From positions 310,001 to 374,000 of the forward strand of contig CT868430.1 in NCBI GenBank assembly GCA_000165425.1: a stretch of 64,000 bases of DNA. The letters are read 5' to 3'. The notes beneath the pieces are model-generated. The model did no database searches and was not told the DNA's origin. It was given only the letters and a program-made list of their open reading frames with translations. Of the stretch, positions 53,774 through 64,000 are shown piece by piece. Position 1 is the first letter of the stretch. Each line of letters opens with the position of its first letter. Both the position numbers and the translations under genes were made by a program. Origin of the DNA: Paramecium tetraurelia. Taxonomy: Eukaryota.

Positions 53774-56556
53774 TCATTTTTCTGTTAACTCTCTGTATCC
53801 TTTCCAGTCAGATGGAGCCTTAAAATTAGATTCCCCCATCACAGAAAATAAAGTTGCAATAGGTCCATCATTTGGCTTCAATAATTTGGCTCTTTCAAAC
53901 CACATTTGGGCTTCTTTCCAATTTCCCAATAAGTATCCCTAAAATCCTTGACTGAATTGAGCCTTTTTATATAGAAGTATTTTACTTGGAACTCAGGATT
54001 ATAATTCTTCATAATTAATAAAAGATCTTTGTTTCTATTTATGTGATTTTCAGATTTGAATTCTCCTGCTTCAATTTAATTCACAAAGATTTGCCTCTTT
54101 TAGTCCATAACTTAAAACCTTTCCTCTTGAGGATAGTCTTCCTTACTAGGAGGAAGATTATCACCCTCAATATCAATAGTGTAGAGTCCAATAGGTCTAA
54201 CACTTCCTTTAACAGTTACCATATCAATTTGTCTTTGATACTTTTTGAGACCTGGAGAGAAAAGTAGATAAAGATCACTAGAAATGAGAAGTGAGACTCC
54301 ATATTATTTGGTGGCAGCCTCCAATCTAGAAGCCATATTGACATTGGGACTAAGATATGACGCATCAATTTTAAACTCAGAACCAATTGCTCCCTCAATC
54401 CCCCATCCTATATGCAATCCAAAACCCATCTTTACTTTGTATCCAGGCAGTCTTTGTGTCAATCTTGCATCATTTCGATACTCCAATATTTTAGGTTCTC
54501 TATTAATTTTAGCGAATATCTTCATAAAGGAAAGCAAGGAGCAATCGGCGATCATATTGATTTGTTCATAGTTTTTCCTTAGAAATAAGAAAAATAAAGT
54601 TACCATTTGATTTTCCCATTCTCCTCATACCAAGAATGATCAGAGACCTTCCAAACTAATAGAAAGGCATCGCCTATATTTTTATTGGCTGAACCTTAAT
54701 ACCTATTTACCATTGCATGAACGATCTCAGCTATGCTATTAACAAAAACCATGACATCTTTCTATAAGACCTCAGTGGCATCAGTAAAGTTTCTTATGTC
54801 ACAGAATCCATAGATAGCCAATTTCTTTTTGCCAGGTAACATAGGATTTACGTCTCCTGATGATGCCATGTTAGTTCCTATGATAGCTGATCCTGCATCT
54901 CCAAATCCAAGGGCTAACAAAGCTCCTATCTTAATTATAGCATTTTCAATTTAAGTAGTCTCTCTTTGCAGTTATTCTACTTCCAGTTTCATCTCTTTTG
55001 CTTCTTGAGGATTCTTCGCTATAACATTAACTTTTGCGATCATTCTCTCTATTGGAGCTAATGCCACATTTTTTGCATCATTCGCAAAGGCTAAAGCTCC
55101 AAATAGTAAGACACAACTGACAAAGAGTGTGTTTACAATGTTTATTATGGAATTTAATTTCTCTATCTATGAATTATCAGATACAAATAAAATAATCGGA
55201 TCTCCTATGTAGTTTAACCCCACCAATATTGGATCCACATATTTGAAATAATAACTCTTTGCACTTTCTCTTAAATACTCATAATTCTCTCTTTCATAAT
55301 CTGGTATCTCTGTAAATGGATTTCTTATGAATCCCACTGGTGTGTCGAATTAATCGTGTTGGCTTATTACAAAATTCAAGGTTTCATTTATTTCTGAGAT
55401 CTTAGTATTTGGAATTTCAGCCACAACTTTAAAATATTATGCTGCATACTCTAAACTTGAGGATGAGTCAAAATAATAATCTGAACTAAATAGAGGCATT
55501 ATCAGTAGCAGTAATATCACCAATAGTATTACTTTCTTTGTTGTTGCATCAGATAATCTTTTACTAACTCTAGATTCCTTCTTGTGTGTTTATTCTTTGT
55601 GTTCTTTCTCTTACATCTTTCCTGCAATATCCTCATTGTGTTGTTGCTATTGAAAGTAATAATTTTCAGGTAAAATCTATTTTAAACTACGTCGCTATTC
55701 ATAACTATTCCCTTGATCAAAACCCTCAATCACACTTGTCATATTATTAAGTTAATCTTTAGATTAAACTGCCTGTCCATTCATAGTAGTGAAGTGAGGA
55801 ATCTCTCTTGATTGGTTTTGGAGAGGAGTATCCCCACCTCCATTTTATAAAGGATGAATCTATGCATGATTTGGATTTTTAATTAGTACAGTAGAAAGTT
55901 TCTTAGTGAGAGTTTTTTGAAAATCGACTTCTTTCTAATAATTTACTGCTTTGTACAGTTTCACAATTCTAATCAACCTCACTAGTCTAACTACTCGAAC
56001 TGCTTTCGAACTTGTTTTTGAAGCCTTATTTGCTTAGGATAAATCAGATCCTGTTTTAGCTGATACTGAACCTCTACTTTTAATATATTATTTACTCTAA
56101 TCCTACGGCCATATTAAATAAGGTAATATCAAGGATCTGCGAAACTGTAGATATTATATCGAGCCAAAAAAAAAATGAATTAAAATAACCCTATCGTACT
56201 ATTGATGTGATAACAATTTCAGTAGAAAATATTATCTATATTTTCATTATTTCTAATATTTTACTATGCAAAATATTGTTATGCCATCAAAAGTACTGTC
56301 TGCCCGTTTATCAAAGCATATTATTCTGATATCATCTCCATATAAGGCATACAATGTCAATAGGTTAACTAACAATTAACTTATCACATTTTCCAATAAC
56401 CTATTAAGCATCGGATATTTCTCTCTTAAATTCATTGATAAATAACTACTTTTCTTCCTAATAATGAAACACATCTAATTCCTCATCACTCGACTATTCT
56501 GAAAGTTCCTATTGCTCTTAGATGTTGTTCTGACCTTATAATTGTTAATCTGTCAT
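53774..56556 (-). CDS. Ciliate/alveolate ion-channel-type adenylyl cyclase (voltage-sensor-like TM region plus class III cyclase)
   Basis: LTLYALYGDDIR, S4-like KAVRVVRLVRLIRIVKLYK, GFCDIRNFTDATEVL, ANKNIGDAFLLVWK, GAIGSEFKIDASYLSPNVNMASRLEAATK, ends WKGYRELTEK*. Confidence 0.93.
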
Positions 56557-56948
56557 ATAAATTTAATTATTCTGTGTTGCTTTTTTAACAAACAAATGTA
56601 ATATATTTATTTTTCATAAATAATTTTTAACCTTTTTTTATCTCATCATTCTTACTGTAATTTAATTAAGTTAATAATTAATTCCGAAGAAATAATTTTG
56701 GGCATTCATTCAATTTACTCTTTGAATAAATATCTTGCTATTTTAATAAACAATTTAATAAATTTCAAATCGATTCAAATAAATTAGTTTCAGGATTCTG
56801 AGTGGATTAGGAAACTTAATTTATTTATAAATATAATATAATCATTTGATAATTAAAGCAATTAAGAAATATAACAATATAAAATTATTATTAAAGTAAT
56901 TAAATAGCAACAATAAAGTGGCTAGGTCAGTCTATAAATAGATAAATC

Positions 56949-57405
56949 TCAATTTAATCTTTTGTGTTTAGTTTATTTCTTTACATATTCTTGATCATTT
57001 TGAATGTTGTCCTTTATGTAGCGCAGTTTTTTATAATATCTATTTTTTATCATATTCATAGTTTTGCCAGGAAATGATTTTACTATCTTATTAAAGTTAG
57101 GACCGACCTATTGCACTAATTCTAGGATTCGCTTATCCTCTTGGAATGTGAATCTAAAATGCAATGGTTTATACAATCGATTCATACCTTTAATCATTAA
57201 TCCTCCTTTTAGCAATTTATTATTTAAATTAATCATCTTCGCCTGGTTGTTGATTTTAGATTAAAGAGTTTACCAGATGTTCTAGGGATTCGTCATTTTA
57301 TACAAATTAGGACTATCTTATAAAATAAAATATTTTCTTTTACTTTTCTGATTGATCGTTCTACTCATCATTCATTGGCTATTTAATGAATATTTCATCA
57401 TCCAT
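56949..57405 (-). CDS. Single-repeat Myb/SANT DNA-binding protein
   Basis: FTFQEDKRILELVQQVGPNFNKIVKSFPGKTMNMIKNRYYKKLR; 5' exon structure approximate. Confidence 0.8.
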
Positions 57406-57614
57406 TATTTTTAATATTTTATTTTATAAGATTCTTCAATAATCGATCATTATATAATTCAAATAATTTCTCATTATAAATGTAGTGTAAATTTGAGATG
57501 AATTCATAATCAATAATATTAATATATTTTTTAATTCTTATAAAATTTAGAAATTAATATTAAATAATAAATAGCAAATTCGATGTCGATTCAAATTATT
57601 AATCTACGTTTAAT

Positions 57615-58034
57615 TCAATTCCAAATTTATAACTTTTATAGCTAAAACCTTTAAACATATTTAGTAAACATTCCGATTTCCTGATTTTTAACTTCCTCAA
57701 CCCTTTACCTAGAAGCTAAATTGATTTTGTTATTATTCTTATAAAAAGAATTTCGAAATCCAATATGCCTCTCAAATTAGCTCATATTAACAGGCGACTT
57801 GTGAACAGTCTACTACCTCTTCCTTGTTTTTATCAATGGTTTCAATTAAGCTTTTTATTGGGTTGGCGATATTTGCTTCGGTTAGTCAGGTATTTGTTTA
57901 TCGGAATCTAAATCTTCATCAGCCTCATTTATTTGAAACGGATTAGTTCCTTCCATTTCAGCATAAAGTAATGGCACCCTTTTGAAATTACATCCATAAA
58001 TTTAATCAAGAGTTATTGTGTCTGAATCTATCAT
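57615..58034 (-). CDS. Small hypothetical protein (start uncertain)
   Basis: MIDSDTITLDQIYGCNFKRVPLLYAEMEG...KLQIWN*, open in the ciliate code. Confidence 0.5.
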
Positions 58035-59105
58035 GAAGAAATTTCTAATAAATTCAATAATAAATATATTAAAGAGATAAACTAAATAATCTGAAACCTT
58101 TCAATTTCCCAAAAAATAAACTCTAAATCAATTCGTCCTGTCCAATCTAAATTTTTAATTATGGCCCTCAAGAAACCTCCTTCGTTTTTATCAGAATGAT
58201 TTGTTCCTCCAGTAATTCTATTTTAAATAGGGGGTTGCATTACATCCTAATACAATTATAAACCATACAAACACATCCATTTTTCATCTCCTTGTTGCCT
58301 AATTTACTTATAAAATCTTATTTTCAGCCATTTTTTTGATAACAATTAGCGACGAAATTTGACTAATTTCCCTTCACTTAAAGAATGTCCCCCCACAAAT
58401 TCATCGCGAACACTTTAATCGTTTTCAATTTTAAATAAGACCAAAGACCAAAGTAATTATTTCCTATAGAGGACTAAAGTCAATTTTATTCAGTCTACTT
58501 AGATCTTAAGAAGGAAACTTTTCGGAAAGATTCATAGAATTAATTTTGATTTTTGATAATCTTGCTAAATATGTCTTTAATCGAAGAGGCAAAGAGGCAG
58601 TCTAATAAAAAAATCCGCAATTATCAAGCATAAATCTGAATAGCACACATAGATATCAGATGCTATCTTCTATAGCATTTTGTAATCAGATTAAAAGAAA
58701 AATAGAAACAATGAAACTATTTATTTAATATTAAAGCTAGATTAATATTTAGTCAAGTAGTAAACCTTAAGGGAGCTTTAATAAATGAATTTGCTGATAT
58801 AAATTAAAAGTTTTAAGATTAATGTTTTTAAGCATCAAGAAAATATCCAAAGGTTTATTATAAAAGGATAGTTCTATTAACAGTGGAAATCGTCATTTTA
58901 ATTAAACGAACTTCCTTTTTTTTTCAATCTTCTATGAGCATGAACTAATATTTATTAGACTCAGATCATACCTAGAAAAATTGAATACCATGAGAGAAAA
59001 GAAATAACAGATCAGATGGAGTCTTTGGAACTTATCCATATTGATTACAATATTTATTCTACACTTTTTTTGATAGGTAATAAAACATCACAAATTACAA
59101 TCAAA

Positions 59106-60969
<1,864 letters not shown>

Positions 60970-61317
60970 TATTAAAAGTATATCAAAGATTTAAATTTTT
61001 ATTCTCACTCTATATGATTATTATAAAATCATGATATTTTTTAATGTAAGATTTAATTTACTTCCTAAGGATGATTCTCAATAGAAAAATCTAAATCACC
61101 TGAAAATTAAGATAATTTGCAATTTTTATATACTATAATAAATCCCAAATGTATTATTTGAATTGATAAACATTTTGGTTATTAAAACTCTTTCTATTAT
61201 ATATTTTATTTAATTAGACTGATTCGTAGGATCTATTTGTTTGATTATTTATCAGTCTATTGTAAACTTTAATATTAATATATCATATATATCACACACC
61301 CCGCGGGGGGGGGGGGG

Positions 61318-62170
61318 GCTATTATTATTAATTATATACATTCCTAATAATTTCCCGCCATAATTCTATTTTCCTTACAAAATATAAAATTTAAACTTAT
61401 TTTTCTCTTATTTTAACTACTTTCTATTATATCGTTCATTCATCCATTCAACTTATTTGCATTACTTTATCTATTACTCCTATTATAAATATCTTTTTGC
61501 AAAATTGCACCCTCATACTTTACCTTAATTATGCAAAATTATGGCCAATACACCAGCTTTCTCCTTAGAGTGACGGCGGGGGCTTGGGTTCAAAATGTAT
61601 GTCACCGAAGAGATAAATAGTTAGGAATTCGTTTGATTATGCTCTNNNNNNNNNNNNNNNNNNNNNNNNNNNNNNNNNNNNNNNNNNNNNNNNNNNNNNN
61701 NNNNNNNNNNNNNNNNNNNNNNNNNNNNNNNNNNNNNNNNNNNNNNNNNNNNNNNNNNNNNNNNNNNNNNNNNNNNNNNNNNNNNNNNNNNNNNNCTTTG
61801 GACTCGAGGTATCATATATATTATATATATTATATAATAAATTATATCTATTATTAATAATTATATACATTCCTAAGATTTTAAAGCCATAAATCTATTT
61901 GCTTGACAAAATTAAAATAAAAACAAACTTTTTTTATTTATTTTCTAATTTCGAATATATCGTTCATTCAACCAACCAATTTATAAGCAAGAATTTTGTA
62001 TAAATACTGATGAAAATACTTGTGATAATTGCTACTTCATAATTTAAATTAGATATACTAAAATTATGACAAATACACCAACTTTTTCTATAGAATGAAA
62101 TGTAAAGATTAATTCAAAATAAATGAAAAGGAGGAGAAAGATAGTTAGGAATACGTTTGATTATGCTCTT
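61318..62170 (+). repeat. Imperfect direct duplication (~330 nt) on either side of the gap
   Basis: TTATATACATTCCTAA...TATCGTTCATTCA...TTAGGAAT(T/A)CGTTTGATTATGCTCT occurs at ~61320-61645 and again at ~61850-62170. Confidence 0.85.
61646..61795. other. Assembly gap (N run)
   Basis: Run of N characters. Confidence 1.
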
Positions 62171-63092
62171 CAAATTTAGTTTTCCTAGAAAAAGTTATAT
62201 AAGCATTTGGCAGAAAAACTCTGCAGTGCATCTAAGAATAAGCTGAAACCTCAGTTTGTTGATTAATTCTAAAACAAAAATTTGAAATCGTTTACTAATA
62301 CTCATTCACGGTTTACTCATCGAAATTTGTCTTATAGTCTTATAGTAACTAAAATTTTAGTCTTATTATTTAAATTCTTCTTAATAATTAGACGTTTTCT
62401 AAAAAATTTTTCTGTTATTTGATCCTAAACTTTTTTTGGCCTATTTTATATAAAATTTTTCCGAAGTCTCTTAAAATCTTATTATTATGGTTCAATAAAA
62501 TACATCAGTATAAATCTTATATCTCTCTATTTATTAATGTATAATGCTAAGAGATGTTTTTATAAATAAAAGTAATATATAATTTAATTTATACTTGAAA
62601 AAAAATAAGCTTAAATATGATTATCACATATCAATAATTCAGGTTTCAATATTATATCTTATTACTTTTTGATCCATTTAAACTTTATTACACTATTGTT
62701 TATCACTACGATTAATCAAACTCTTTTGATGGAAGACAAGAGTTAGAGTCTCATTTAAGGAAAATAACTCTCTATTTGGTTTTTTTTAATATATATTATA
62801 ATGATAGCATTTTCTGAAAAGAAGATTTTTTATCAAAAAGTATAAGTTAAAAATATGGAACTAATAATGTGTTAAAATTAGAAAGCCTAGTCATCAATTA
62901 AATTTCTAGTTAACAATCAATTTATCTTAATTGATGTGCAAACTAAATAAAGTTTATTATTTAAATTGATTCTTCATATCAATCGTTTTAGCATAAATTA
63001 AGAATTGCGTTTTATAAATCTTGCAAGGTATTAAGATCCATGATTCAAATATTAGCTATATATTTTTGGGAATATATTATTAATATAAAAAA

Positions 63093-64000
63093 ATGGCACT
63101 AATTGCAAATGATACTAAAAGCTTCACCCATTTTGCAGATATAAATACAAGTGAATATTCCCACAAATTCCTTGATAATAGTAATTAGAAAAAATATACA
63201 CCTAGATATTCTGTATTAAGGTTAATTGTTGGATGATCAAGCTTTTCACGGTTATGGCAAGGCAATCTTTCCTAATGGTATCCTTTTCATATTTGATCAT
63301 AGGGGATATATATGAAGGAAACTGGAACAATAACTAATTGGATGGTTATGGAAAGTACACAACAATAGATGAAGAAATTTATGAAGGTTATTGGGAAAAA
63401 AATTAGCTGTTGATATCAGAAATGGTGATTGATTTACCGAAATTTGAGACATAGTTGTTGAAAAAAATGATTGAACAAGAGATTTATAGTAAATATAAGG
63501 AAACAGATATTATAATTTTCGATGATGGTATAATTTAAACACTATGTAGGTTCATCATATAGAGGATAATTAACAGATAACATATAGGATGGTTGGGGAG
63601 CTTAAATTTATTTGAGTGGTATGAATATTCTAAGAAAAAAATAGGTTAAATGTATTAAGGTCAATGGAAGAACGGAAAGTATGATGGGTATGGAATCAAA
63701 TATTTTTTAAATGGGGATGTATACATTGGACATTGGAAGAACGACGAAGCAACTGGTTATGGGGAATACAAATATTTCGAGGGAGCATTTTATCGGGGAT
63801 ATTGGCTACACAGCTTTAAACATTATTTTGGGATAGAGTAATGGAATGAGACAGCTAAATACATTGGAGAATTCTAGAAAGGATTTAAACATGGTAAAGG
63901 AATATTGACATTTAATGATAATTCAACTTATGATGGAGAATTTATTAATGACGAAATCCAAGGTTATGGGGAATATCGTTGGGTTGATGGTCGAAACTAT
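63093..64000 (+). CDS. MORN-repeat protein, 3'-truncated by the window end (start uncertain)
   Basis: YQGQLLDDQAFHGYGKAIFPNGDIYEGNWNNNQLDGYG..., YIGHWKNDEATGYG, YDGEFINDEIQGYG. Confidence 0.88.

Noticed and set aside
3536..56556. PDE, CNBD channel and adenylyl cyclase in one window as a cAMP gene cluster
   Set aside because: They are tens of kb apart and each belongs to an expanded Paramecium family, so co-occurrence is plausible by chance.
61621..61870. ORF-track entries containing X runs
   Set aside because: Artefacts of translating through the N gap.
61290..62170. Direct duplication and poly-G/C tract beside the gap, as a possible mobile element or G-quadruplex
   Set aside because: The copy left of the gap ends exactly at the Ns and carries GC-biased mismatches and a G homopolymer, typical of a low-quality read end overlapping the next contig. 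It is probably an assembly artefact.

Overview
AT-rich, gene-dense ciliate macronuclear DNA, most likely Paramecium (aurelia-like). TAA/TAG encode Gln, TGA is the only stop, and genes carry ~21-30 nt GT..AG introns, so the supplied standard-code ORF track is fragmentary. I re-read genes by hand in the ciliate code, and some boundaries are approximate. About 30 genes were found: mitochondrial ATP synthase alpha (apparently frameshifted), a cyclic-nucleotide PDE, TMEM17-like, roadblock/LC7, a divergent bacterial-type threonine dehydratase, ESF1, an HP1-like chromo/chromoshadow protein, a Cache/HAMP-like membrane protein, two MORN proteins, a CNBD K+ channel, an HMG-box protein, a NIF phosphatase, a Ser/Thr kinase, an ABHD hydrolase, an ion-channel adenylyl cyclase, a Myb protein and an atypical ER Hsp70. 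Two features stand out. (1) A TPR gene built from ~20 tandem ~127-nt modules (one 102-nt exon plus one ~25-nt phase-1 intron per repeat), with homogenised introns and variable groove residues. (2) An in-frame fusion of a PPIL6/RSP12-like cyclophilin to a degenerate fructose-1,6-bisphosphatase. An assembly gap with a probable artefactual duplication lies at ~61.3-62.2 kb.
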